Assembly: GCA_963844715.1 (NCBI GenBank)
Contig: CAWJPJ010000004.1
Location: 208,248 to 272,247, forward strand
Direction of reading: 5' to 3'
DNA: 64,000 nt
DNA from: an uncultured Phycisphaerales bacterium
GTDB taxonomy: Bacteria > Planctomycetota > Phycisphaerae > Tepidisphaerales > Tepidisphaeraceae
Part shown: piece after piece, positions 10,441 through 19,897 of the stretch
Position numbering within the stretch: position 1 is the first letter of the stretch
How the letters are laid out: every line of letters begins with the position of its first letter
Translations under genes and position numbers: made by a program
Notes under the pieces: generated by a model
Told to the model about the DNA's origin: nothing
Database searches by the model: none
What the model saw: the letters and a program-made list of their open reading frames with translations, nothing else

Positions 10441-10838
10441 AGCGATCGCTCGCCAAGCTCGGCAGCCGCACGATCCTGACGGAGAGGCAGATCGCGTCGC
10501 CGCGCTCGATTCTCGAATCTTTTCCTAATCCGAAGCCGGGGCGGAATTACGAGATAAAGTTTGTTTTTCCGGAATTTACCAGCGTTTGCCCCGTGACGGG
10601 ACAGCCGGATTTTGCGACCATTACGATCGTTTATGTTCCCCGGCGCCTTTGCGTGGAAATGAAGAGCCTGAAGCTCTATTTCTTTGCGTATCGGAACAAG
10701 GGAATTTTTTATGAGGCGGCGGTGAACGGGATTCTCGACGACCTGGTTGTGGTACTGAGGCCGAAGTCGATGACGGTGGTCGGGCAGTTCGCCGTGCGCG
10801 GCGGGACCGCCGGGACGATCACGGCAAGCTATCCTTAA
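10437..10838 (+). CDS. queF: NADPH-dependent 7-cyano-7-deazaguanine reductase (type I)
   Basis: PEFTSVCPVTGQPDFA, VEMKSLKLY, VRGG. Confidence 0.96.
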   Translation: MKRSLAKLGSRTILTERQIASPRSILESFPNPKPGRNYEIKFVFPEFTSVCPVTGQPDFATITIVYVPRRLCVEMKSLKLYFFAYRNKGIFYEAAVNGILDDLVVVLRPKSMTVVGQFAVRGGTAGTITASYP

Positions 10839-10850
10839 GGACGGGAGATC

Positions 10851-12005
10851 ATGACACAATCGCTTCCACCGGGGCAAGGTCCGGTCGATCCGCGCGGCGC
10901 TTTGGGAATGCCGCCGCCCCCGGGCGGCGGCCCCAGCGTGCCGCGGCCGCCGTGGTTGCCGGGGGCGCCGCCTCCGGGATATATGCCGATGATGCCGCCG
11001 CCTGCGCCATTGCGCGGCGGGCTGGGGCGCTGGGTCCTCATCCTCTTTCTCTTCATCGCGCTGGTTATCTCCCTGCTGTTCAATTTCGCCGAGCTTGGCA
11101 GCGCCCTGGGCGTTGGGAATGTCAGGGAAACGACCCTTATCGCCGGCGACTCGCAAACCAAAGTCGCGGTTGTTCCCATCGACGGGCTGATCCTCGGCGC
11201 ATCCGCCGATTCGCTGGACCAGGTGCTGCGCTACGTTGAAAAAGACTCGACTGTTAAGGCCCTGGTTCTGGACATCAATACTCCAGGCGGGGACGCAGCG
11301 GCTTCGGATGAGATGTATCATCGCGTGCTTCAGTTCAAGCAAACCGAGAAAGACGCGGGGCGGAACGTGCCGGTCGTTGTCGCGATGCAGGGGATGGCCA
11401 CCAGCGGGGGGTACTACGTTTCCTGCGCGGGCGATTATCTGATTGCCGAGCCTATCTGTCTGACGGGAAACATCGGCGTGCTGCTACCGGCCTTCAATGT
11501 CAGCAAGCTGGTGGACGAACACGGGATCGAGGAGACGACTCTTGTCGCGACGACTACGGGGCATTCGTTTAAGAACGCCGGGTCGATGTTCAAGCCGGTC
11601 AACGCTGAGGATGAGGCTTATCTTCAGGGGATTGTCGATGGGCTGTTCGCACAGTTTAAAAACGCCGTGGAAACCGGCCGGGCTGGAAAACTCAAGGACA
11701 CCGAGGGTGACATCTTCAGCGGCAAGGCCTTCATCGCCCAGGACGCGAAGACGCGCGGGCTGATCGACCAGATCGATTACCCGGAGAAGGCGTATGACTA
11801 CGCGGCGCAGCTCGCCGGCGTGACCAATAAAGAGGTCGTGCAATACACGCCGCGGGTTTCTTTGTTGGATATGTTCGACAGTAAATCGACGCTGCCGGCG
11901 GGGAAGGCGGTGGGGACTATTTCGTCGACCGGCGTCACGATCGATTCGAAATCGCTGATCGACTTGATCTGCGCTCGTCCGCTCATGCTTTGGCGGGCGA
12001 ATTAA
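10851..12005 (+). CDS. sppA: Signal peptide peptidase SppA (S49), 36K type, with Pro-rich N-terminus
   Basis: INTPGG, MATSGGYY, TGNIGV, GLIDQI. Confidence 0.92.
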   Translation: MTQSLPPGQGPVDPRGALGMPPPPGGGPSVPRPPWLPGAPPPGYMPMMPPPAPLRGGLGRWVLILFLFIALVISLLFNFAELGSALGVGNVRETTLIAGDSQTKVAVVPIDGLILGASADSLDQVLRYVEKDSTVKALVLDINTPGGDAAASDEMYHRVLQFKQTEKDAGRNVPVVVAMQGMATSGGYYVSCAGDYLIAEPICLTGNIGVLLPAFNVSKLVDEHGIEETTLVATTTGHSFKNAGSMFKPVNAEDEAYLQGIVDGLFAQFKNAVETGRAGKLKDTEGDIFSGKAFIAQDAKTRGLIDQIDYPEKAYDYAAQLAGVTNKEVVQYTPRVSLLDMFDSKSTLPAGKAVGTISSTGVTIDSKSLIDLICARPLMLWRAN

Positions 12006-12014
12006 TATCGGCGC

Positions 12015-12045
12015 AAAAAAAATCCCGGGAAGCAAGCTTCCCGGG
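12015..12045 (-). terminator. Intrinsic terminator between convergent genes
   Basis: CCCGGGAAG-CAAG-CTTCCCGGG hairpin preceded by A8 (U-tract on the minus strand). Confidence 0.8.
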
Positions 12046-12069
12046 CTTCGCTGAAAGCGATGGGGCTGC

Positions 12070-12549
12070 TTACATCACCAAGATTCCTGAGCGAATCAGA
12101 TGGGCCAGGCGGGTGCGCTGCTCTGGATTGAGCATGGCGTGCATCTGTTCCAGGGCGTGGACGACCGTGGCGCCGAGCTTCTGATTGCTCTGCACGCGCC
12201 GGTCGCGGGCGGAGGCGGCTTTGGCGGCGTCGAACTGATCGCCGGCAAAGGCGTCGGCGAATTCGCCGAGCGTGCGGCGTTCATCGACGGCGGATTCGGC
12301 GCGCTCGGTTTTCAACTCGCCGAGGATTTTGCCCAGTTCGACGATCTGGTTCTCGTCGAGCTGAAGTTTTTCGGCCAGAAACCGCAGGGGGCGGCGGACG
12401 CCGAAACTTCCGCCGGGGCCGAAATTCTCCTCGCCGGGAAACGGCGGCATAAAACCTCCCCAGGCAAAATTGCCGGGAAATGAAAGGGACTCGCGTGGAT
12501 CGAAGTCGGAACGGGCGCGGCGACGAGCCGCAAAGGCGTGACACATATG
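12070..12549 (-). CDS. Spy/CpxP-like helical protein
   Basis: LAEKLQLDENQ...MHAMLNPEQRTRLA (LTxxQ-type motifs); AAGGAG RBS before ATG 12549. Confidence 0.7.
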   Translation of the reverse strand, partial: HMCHAFAARRRARSDFDPRESLSFPGNFAWGGFMPPFPGEENFGPGGSFGVRRPLRFLAEKLQLDENQIVELGKILGELKTERAESAVDERRTLGEFADAFAGDQFDAAKAASARDRRVQSNQKLGATVVHALEQMHAMLNPEQRTRLAHLIRSGILVM

Positions 12550-12836
12550 AACTCCTTCTCGCCGGGGGGAAATTCCGCCGGCGGGGAAAATGGGCGTGGG
12601 CGACATGCCTCACGCGATGGGTGATGGTAGGCAGCCGGGGACGGAATTACAATTTTCTGCAAGATCGGATTAAATTTGAAAAAATGCCACCCCCATTTTG
12701 TCGCGGCTTGAATTGCAAATGGATGGGATTTCCGGCGAGGTCTTGGCGGAGCCTGGAGTTGCGGGGGTTGTTGGATGTTTAATATATTCTGCTCGGATTG
12801 CCCGAGTCGCCTGGATTGGCGGAAGACGAGGCGTAA

Positions 12837-14051
12837 ATGGGAGTATTTCGAGCGGGGATAATAATTCCGGGGATTATTTATTTTTGGATTCGGGTTTATT
12901 CGCGCCGGCCCGATTTCGACGGTCCGTGGTTGAACCGGACCGTCACGCGCCTGCTGCTTGTATTGACGGGATCTTCCTGTTTGCTGGTCTCCGCCGGTTG
13001 CGCCGTCCACAGCGAGACAAAGCCAAGTGGGAGTTATCCCACGTCAAAGGCGCCTGACGATTGGATTGCCGTCGGTTTACCAGACGATGTCGGCATGGAC
13101 TCGCTGAAACTCGATGGGCTAATTCAGAAAACTCAGCGCGGCGACTTCAAGAATATTCACAGCATTCTTGTCATTAAAGACGGCAAGCTGGTCGTTGAGC
13201 AATACTTCAACGGGTTTCATCGCGGCGATCTGGAGACGCTTCGATCGGCGACCAAGAGCATCACTTCGATTCTGGTTGGAATCGCGATCGACAAGGGGCT
13301 TATCTCAAGTGTCAATGAGCGCATCGAGAGATTTTTTCCCGAGTACGCCCAATCCTGGGACGAGCGTAAACGCCCCATAACCGTCAGGGATTTGCTCACT
13401 ATGACGGCAGGATTCGATTGGGACCAGTCCTCGCTCGCCAATCCGGGTGATCCGAGCAACCATGGGTCCGAAAGTGAGATGGAGCGCAGCGACGACATGA
13501 TCAAATTCGTCCTGCAACGCCCCATGCGCGATATTCCGGGTACGAGATTCGAATACAACAGCGGCGCCACGATTCTTCTGGCCGGAATCCTTCAGAAATC
13601 GTCCGGGATGCAAGTCGATGAGTTTGCCCGGCGGAATCTATTTGCGCCGTTGGGTATCGAGCGAGTGGACTGGTGGCGGCAAAAACGCGATGGAATGCCG
13701 CTCACGCATGCGGGGCTTTTTCTTCGCCCCATAGACATGGCCAAAATCGGCTATTTGGTTCTCAACGACGGGAAATGGAACGGGCGGCAGATTGTTTCCG
13801 AGCAATGGATTTCCCAGTCCACGGCTCCGTCGCTCAATCCCCGTTACGGATACCAATGGTGGCTTGACTCTTTTCGCGCGCGTGGGAATGGCGTCAAATC
13901 AATCCAGGCGGAGGGAAATGGAGGCGAATACATTTTCATCCTCCGCAAGTTGAACATGGTGGTGGTTATAACTGGAGCAAATTTCGATTCGGAGTTGGGA
14001 AAGCAGCCCTTTAAGATGTTGACTCACTACATACTGGCCAGCGTTCGTTAG
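12837..14051 (+). CDS. Serine hydrolase, beta-lactamase class C family (probable lipoprotein; true start may be near 12930)
   Basis: SATKS (SxxK), LLTMTAG, FEYNS (YxN-like), YGYQWW; SAGC lipobox. Confidence 0.9.
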   Translation: MGVFRAGIIIPGIIYFWIRVYSRRPDFDGPWLNRTVTRLLLVLTGSSCLLVSAGCAVHSETKPSGSYPTSKAPDDWIAVGLPDDVGMDSLKLDGLIQKTQRGDFKNIHSILVIKDGKLVVEQYFNGFHRGDLETLRSATKSITSILVGIAIDKGLISSVNERIERFFPEYAQSWDERKRPITVRDLLTMTAGFDWDQSSLANPGDPSNHGSESEMERSDDMIKFVLQRPMRDIPGTRFEYNSGATILLAGILQKSSGMQVDEFARRNLFAPLGIERVDWWRQKRDGMPLTHAGLFLRPIDMAKIGYLVLNDGKWNGRQIVSEQWISQSTAPSLNPRYGYQWWLDSFRARGNGVKSIQAEGNGGEYIFILRKLNMVVVITGANFDSELGKQPFKMLTHYILASVR

Positions 14052-14103
14052 CTGAGCCCGTGACGATCGGTGATATCCTGTCGACGGGTCCGTGGGATCG
14101 AGG

Positions 14104-14955
14104 CTATTCCTTGGCCCCTTGCCCGCGGAGGAAATCCGCCAGCTTAGTCCGGCCGGTTTTGATGGCGACCCCGAGCGGCGTCATTCCGTTTTTCGGCTCG
14201 CGGGCATTGAGGTCCGCGCCGCGCTCGATCAATTGGCGGCTGTGGGCGATTCTTTCCTCCTCGGTGGGGCTCCAATCGCGGCCGTAGTCGGCGGCGACGT
14301 GGAGGAGGGTTTCGCCGGAGGGGCCGATGGTTTTTGGATCGACGCCCCATTCCAGAAGCATGCGGCCCATGTGTTGGAATCGGGTGCGGTCGAAGGCGTC
14401 GTCGATGCCCTGGCCGTGCATGCCCCAGCGGTGGACGAGGCGCCATTGGAAGATCGTGCCGCGTATCAGGACGAAGCCGTCTTCCTTCGGGCTAATCAGT
14501 TTGTTCCGGTCGAGGTTCTCGCGGAGCATGTCGACGTTGCCAGAACGCACGGAGTCGTTGGCGTATTCACGCCAGCGCTGCGGCTCGCGATGGAGGATTT
14601 CGTGAATGGCGGCGTAATTATTGGTGAAGCAGAATCCGATCAACAGATCGGCCTTGGCGCCGTGGCGATAGAGCAGGTCGGCGGTCGCCAATCGGCCGGA
14701 GAGGAGGGCGAAGGTGAGGGCGGTGGTGCCGCCATTCTCGCCGGTATCCAGGCGAGCGCCGGCGATGGCGAGGGCTTCGACGACGCCGAGGTGGCCGTTT
14801 TGGGCGGCGGCGTCGAGGGCGGATCGCTGGGATTCGAGTGATTTGTCGCCGCCGACGGCGCTGGGATCGGCGCCGGCGGTGAGGAGTTCGCGGACGCGGC
14901 GGAGATTGCCGATTTCGCTGGCGCTGACGAGTTGGTCGTCGAGATTGGGGGGCAT
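14104..14955 (-). CDS. Ankyrin repeat protein
   Basis: SALDAAAQNGHLGVVEAL, GTTALTFA, GETLLHVAA, GMTPLGVA. Confidence 0.9.
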   Translation of the reverse strand: MPPNLDDQLVSASEIGNLRRVRELLTAGADPSAVGGDKSLESQRSALDAAAQNGHLGVVEALAIAGARLDTGENGGTTALTFALLSGRLATADLLYRHGAKADLLIGFCFTNNYAAIHEILHREPQRWREYANDSVRSGNVDMLRENLDRNKLISPKEDGFVLIRGTIFQWRLVHRWGMHGQGIDDAFDRTRFQHMGRMLLEWGVDPKTIGPSGETLLHVAADYGRDWSPTEEERIAHSRQLIERGADLNAREPKNGMTPLGVAIKTGRTKLADFLRGQGAKE

Positions 14956-15116
14956 GGGGAGACCTCAGCAGAAAAATGGGAACGGACCCGTGCGGGGCAT
15001 GGTACTAAACGCGAATGAGCAGGGGAATCTTTATAATTGGCCTGCTTTTCTGCGAAGCCCATAGAGCGCGGGTATCCGGTTCTTCAAAGCAGCGGCTTAT
15101 GGGCTATAATGTGGTC

Positions 15117-15383
15117 ATGACGACGGGCGCCTCCGTACTCGAGCGCATTATCGAGTCCAGGAAAGGGGGGTTTTCGAGCGAACATGCTCGGTTTATCCTT
15201 TCGATGGATTTTGCCCCCGAAGAGAAGGCTCGCTACGACGAACTTGCCCAAAAGGTCGGGGACGGACCATTGACCGCATTGGAAGAAGCGGAGCTGAGCG
15301 AGTTCGTCACTGCAAATGCGCTCATGACAATTCTCCAGTCCAAGGCCCGCATATCGCTGAAGAAACACAATCCGGCAGCGTGA
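15117..15383 (+). CDS. Small helical hypothetical protein (antitoxin-like partner of HNH gene)
   Basis: 88 aa, ARYDELAQK..GPLTALEEAEL; TATAAT 6 nt upstream of ATG. Confidence 0.75.
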   Translation: MTTGASVLERIIESRKGGFSSEHARFILSMDFAPEEKARYDELAQKVGDGPLTALEEAELSEFVTANALMTILQSKARISLKKHNPAA

Positions 15384-15390
15384 AAGGCAC

Positions 15391-15792
15391 ATGGATCCTG
15401 GACTCGAACAACTGGTCCGGGAGCGGGCGGAATCTAAGTGTGAGTATTGCCGTATGCCCCAGCGATTTTCTCGCTTGCAATTTGTCGTTGATCACGTGGT
15501 TGCCCGCCGGCACGACGGTGCGACTATCGAAAGCAATCTTGCCCTCGCCTGCCCGTTTTGTAACTCGCACAAGGGGCCGTATATCGCGGGGATCGACCCA
15601 CAGACGAAGAAGATGACGCGATTGTTTCACCCCAGACAGGATAATTGGGAAGAGCACTTTCGTTGGAACGGGCATTTGCTCATCGGCTTGACTGAAATGG
15701 GGCGGGCGACGATTGCGGTATTGGCAATTAATCATTCCGCGCAAGCAGCCATGCGAAACACGCTGATCGACGAAGGTGAATTCCCGTCGTAA
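15391..15792 (+). CDS. HNH endonuclease
   Basis: CEYC..VDHVV..NLALACPFCNSHKG..LFHPRQDNWEEHF..GRATI. Confidence 0.92.
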   Translation: MDPGLEQLVRERAESKCEYCRMPQRFSRLQFVVDHVVARRHDGATIESNLALACPFCNSHKGPYIAGIDPQTKKMTRLFHPRQDNWEEHFRWNGHLLIGLTEMGRATIAVLAINHSAQAAMRNTLIDEGEFPS

Positions 15793-15860
15793 TGATGGGA
15801 ATAGTTCGCGGATTCGACTGCGAGACGCGATAGCACCGGAGCCCGAGTAAAAACGGTGCG

Positions 15861-17194
15861 TTAGGTGAATACGAGCATCATGCCTGGTTCTTCAAGAAGG
15901 CTCTTTAGCGTCCGCAGAAATTCCGCGGCGGTGGCCCCGTCGATCACTCGATGATCGGCGGAGAGCGTCAGTTGCATCAAGGTGCGGCCGACAACCTGGC
16001 CGTTTTTGAAAGCTGGTCGTTTCTCGGCGGCGCCGATGGCCAGGATCGCCACCTGCGGGGGGTTGATGATGGCGGTGAATTCCTTGATGCCGAAGGCGCC
16101 GAGGTTGCTGACTGTGAATGTCGCGCCGGACATTTCGTCCTGGCGGAGACGCTGGGCGCAGGCGCGGTCGACTGAGTCGACGCTGCGCTGGCGGATTTCT
16201 TTCAGGCCCATGAGATGGACATTGCGCAGGACGGGGACGATCAGGCCGTCGGGGATGGCGACGGCGACGCCTAGATGGACGTCGCCATAGCGCGTGACTT
16301 CGGTGCCGTTGAACGTCGCGTTGATGGCGGGATGAGCCAGCAGGGACATGGCGACGGCTTTGGTAATGAAATCGCCGAGGCTCAGGCGGATTTTTTTCGG
16401 TTCGAGGGCTTCATTCAGGCGTACGCGCATGGCGGCTAGTTCTTCGACATCGGCCTCGATTGTTTCGTAGAAGTGGGGGATCGTTTGGGTGGAGGCCTGG
16501 AGATTTTTGGCGATCGCCAGGCGCATTTTCGTGAGGGGGACGACCTGTTTTTCGCCGGAGCCGAGTCGGGCGGGGGCGAGGGGGGTCTGGGCCGCGGGCG
16601 CGGCGATATTGATCGTTAGCACATCTTTTTTGACGATGCGTCCGGTGGGGCCGGTGCCTTGGAGAGTTTTGATATCGATGTTTCGATCGGCGGCGATTCT
16701 GCGGGCTAAGGGGGAGATTCGAATGCGCCGGTCGCCATTGCCGCGCGCGAGGGTTCGGAAGGCGCGGCGACGGCTGTGCCGGCGGATTGGCTCCGCGCGG
16801 TGGTATGGCCGGCACCGTCGGCTTCATGGATTTCGCCGGAGCTGGCTTCGGCCCAGGTCGCGACGGGAGCCACCTGCGGCGGGGGGGCGGCGGCGCTTTT
16901 GGAAGGGGCAGCGCCTTTTGAAATCGCCTGTTTTTTTACTTCGGCGGGGTCTTCCTTGCCTGTCGCGACGACGGCGAGGACCGCGCCGACGGCGACCTTC
17001 TCGCCTTCCTTGGCAAGAACTGCCGCCAATGTTCCGGCTGCAAAACTTTCCATCTCCATGACGGCTTTATCGGTTTCGACTTCGGCGACTTTGTCGCCGG
17101 TACTGACTTTGTCTCCTTCCTTTTTGAGCCACTTGATGACCTTACCTTCGGTCATGGTGTCGCTCAATTGCGGCATGGTGATTTCGAGAGACAC
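15861..17194 (-). CDS. pdhC: Pyruvate dehydrogenase E2, dihydrolipoamide acetyltransferase (frameshift near 16730)
   Basis: Lipoyl domain MPQLSDTMTEG..ETDKA; catalytic TFTVSNLG, LSADHRVIDG. Confidence 0.95.
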
Positions 17195-17217
17195 GAGGCA
17201 CTCCTTAGCAGTCGTTA

Positions 17218-17340
17218 GAATGACGAAATTCGAATGATAAATGACGAATCAATGTTCGAATGGTTGAATGACCAATTGGAACATTCGATCATTGGAATTT
17301 GATTCGTCATTTATCATTTATCATTCGAATTTCGTCATTC
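17218..17340. repeat. Heptamer-based (GAATGAC) palindromic repeat, complete copy
   Basis: GAATGACGAAATTCGAATGATAAATGACGAATCAA ... TTGATTCGTCATTTATCA(TTTATCA)TTCGAATTTCGTCATTC. Confidence 0.85.
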
Positions 17341-17348
17341 GAAGTCGG

Positions 17349-17388
17349 CCCTCACCCCAACCCTCTCCCAGAGTACTGGGCGAGGGGG
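17349..17388. repeat. CCCTCACCC-type REP-like hairpin
   Basis: CCCTCACCCCAACCCTCTCCCAG-AGTA-CTGGGCGAGGGGG; related copy at 33402-33476. Confidence 0.75.
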
Positions 17389-17406
17389 AAATGCGAGGGG
17401 ACGGGA

Positions 17407-18390
17407 TTATTTATAACAAACTTCTTTGACGGACGCGACAATCCGGTCGACGCTGGGCATCATCGCTTCTTCCAGGGGATGTGAGAAGGGGACGGGGATT
17501 TCGTCGCTGTGGACGTATTCGATGGGGGCGTCGAGATAATCGAAGACGGGCTTTTGGATTTTCTGCATGATGCCGGCGCCCATGCCGCAGTAGCCCCAAT
17601 CCTCGTCGATGATCACGCAGCGGTTGGTCTTTTTCACGGATTCGACGAGTGCCGGGACATCGAGCGGGCGGAGGGTTCGGACGTCGATCAGCTCGACGTC
17701 GATTCCTTCGTCGTTGATCAATGCCTCGACGGCGGGGCGCACGACGCGCTGAAGCGGGCGGCCGTAGCTGACGATGGTGACGTCGCTGCCTTCGCGCTCG
17801 ATCTTGGCTTTGCCCAGGGGGAGTAGATATTCCTCGGCGGGGACTTCGCCTTTTTCGGCGAGCATTTTTTCCGATTCAAGAAAGATGACGGGATCGTCGC
17901 AGCGGATGGCCATCTTCAGGAGGCCCTTGGCTTCGTAGGGCGTGCTGGGCGTTACGACGATCAGGCCCGGAACGCGCGAGTAAATGGCTTCGACGCGATG
18001 GCTGTGGGTCGCGCCCAATTGATGGGCGATGCCATTTCCGCCGCGGAAGACGACGGGCACCTTGAACTGTCCGCCGGACATGTAGCGCACGTTGGCGGCG
18101 TTGTTGTAAATCTGGTCCATGCAGACGAGCGTGAAGGACCAGCTCATGAATTCGATGATGGGGCGAAGCCCGCAGCAGGCGGCCCCAACGCCGAGGCCCG
18201 AAAAGGCGGCTTCGCTGATCGGCGTATCAAACACCCGCCGGGGGCCGAATTTTTCGAGCATCCCCTCGGAGACTTTATACGCGCCGTTGTATTGCGCGAC
18301 TTCCTCGCCCATGAGGAAGACCGACGGATCGCGCTCCATCTCCTCGGTCATGGCGGCACGGAGAGCTTCTCGGAATTGGATGACTGGCAT
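17407..18390 (-). CDS. pdhB: Pyruvate dehydrogenase E1 beta subunit
   Basis: GEEVAQYNGAYKVS, DTPISE, ELIDVRTLRPLD. Confidence 0.97.
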   Translation of the reverse strand: MPVIQFREALRAAMTEEMERDPSVFLMGEEVAQYNGAYKVSEGMLEKFGPRRVFDTPISEAAFSGLGVGAACCGLRPIIEFMSWSFTLVCMDQIYNNAANVRYMSGGQFKVPVVFRGGNGIAHQLGATHSHRVEAIYSRVPGLIVVTPSTPYEAKGLLKMAIRCDDPVIFLESEKMLAEKGEVPAEEYLLPLGKAKIEREGSDVTIVSYGRPLQRVVRPAVEALINDEGIDVELIDVRTLRPLDVPALVESVKKTNRCVIIDEDWGYCGMGAGIMQKIQKPVFDYLDAPIEYVHSDEIPVPFSHPLEEAMMPSVDRIVASVKEVCYK

Positions 18391-18398
18391 AATGGTCT

Positions 18399-18620
18399 CT
18401 AAGCAACCGGACCGGTGGCTTCAACACCGACTACCTGGTTCTTGCGAAAAAATGCGAGGGTCGAGCGAACCAGCACAATTACGCTGTCGCCCATTGCGAG
18501 TTGATGTGGATCGGTCACTTCATATCTGTCGCCGCTTGACACAATGATCGTGAAGGGGAAAAAAGGTTCTCGATCCAAAATCCGCTCGATCTCGTCGTTG
18601 AAATTAATCGTTTCGGCCAT
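18399..18620 (-). CDS. Small hypothetical protein (PFxPF family) inside the pdh operon
   Basis: 73 aa, ILDREPFFPFTIIVSSGDRYEVTDP; tight spacing to both neighbours. Confidence 0.7.
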   Translation of the reverse strand: MAETINFNDEIERILDREPFFPFTIIVSSGDRYEVTDPHQLAMGDSVIVLVRSTLAFFRKNQVVGVEATGPVA

Positions 18621-18631
18621 GACGTCCCCAC

Positions 18632-19667
18632 CTATTTTTCCAGCGGATACTTATCGCTCAGAATGTCGTCGAATCGCGCATCCAGATCGGGGAACGCGTC
18701 GGCGTCGGCCTGCTTGGTGGCCTCGTCGACTTCCTGGGCGACTTCCTGGTCCATGGCTTCAATCTGCTCGTCGTTGATCAGCCCCTCTTCCTTCAAACGC
18801 TCCTGATAAAGCTTGATCGGGTCGCGCAATTTGGCGCGCTCGGCTTCTTCCTTGGTGCGATATTTCAGGGGGTCGGACATCGAATGCCCGCGGAATCGGA
18901 AGGTATTGGCGACGATATAGCTCGGCCCCTCGTCGGCGATGGCGCGCTGCTTGGCTTTGCCGAATTCCTCGATGACGACGTCCAGATCGTTCCCGTCGAT
19001 GGCGTAGTGCGGCATGTTGTATCCGCAGCCGCGCTGGGCGAGATCTTTTTCGGCGCTGGAGCGTTCAACCTGGGTTCCCATGGCGACGCCGTTATTTTCG
19101 ACGACGAAGATGCACGGGACTTTCAGGAGGCTGGCCAAATTGAGCGATTCGTTGTGAGTCCCCTGATTGAGCGCCCCGTCCCCCATGAAACAGAAGGTTA
19201 CGCCCCCCGATTTTTTGTACGACTGCGCGAAATGCCATGCCGAGTCCGAGGGGGATTTGTCCGCCTACGATGCCGTGGCCGCCGTTGTTGCCTACCTCGG
19301 CCTGGAAAAGGTGCATCGAGCCGCCCTTTCCCTTGGAGCAGCCGGTCGCCTTACCGAAAAGCTCCGCCATTGCCGCGTGCGGTGACATCCCCAGCGCCAG
19401 GCTATGGCCGTGGCAGCGGTAACCGTTGACGAGATAGTCTTTTGATTTATCGAAGATGGCGGCGGTGCCGACGGCGATGGCTTCCTGCCCGCTGTAGAGA
19501 TGGCAGAACCCGCCGATTTTTTGGCCCGGGCGGGTGTATTCCTGGTAGGTGCGTTCCTCGAAGCGGCGGATGAGGAACATCGTGCGCAGCCGCGTGCGTT
19601 CCAATTGTCCGTCCGACGCGGGTTTTATCGCCGGTAGGCGCCGTTGTACGTGATCAACTACAGCCAT
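18632..19667 (-). CDS. pdhA: Pyruvate dehydrogenase E1 alpha subunit (frameshift near 19225)
   Basis: IGGFCHLYSGQEA, GKGGSMH, GDGA..NN TPP motif, RFRGHSMSDP. Confidence 0.96.
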
Positions 19668-19897
19668 TCAGATGCTCCGCTCACTTTCGTGCACTCGGCG
19701 GTTCCCAAGCAGTGTATGAGATTTTCGCCGCCCGTGAAAGCCCGATCCTGAACCGAGACTCCCAGAGCGTTATCGACCCATTGCGTGAGGGACTCAACCA
19801 TCGCTGGGCCATACACTTGGCGGTAAATTTAGTATAGGAACCCGGGTTTGAAAAGTCGCCGGGGAAACTCGCCGGGCGGCCCCGGTTTATCGGCCAT

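Noticed and set aside
17218..17340. CRISPR array from the GAATGAC reiterations
   Set aside because: These are 7-nt units forming a palindrome, with no constant repeat and unique spacers, and no cas genes.
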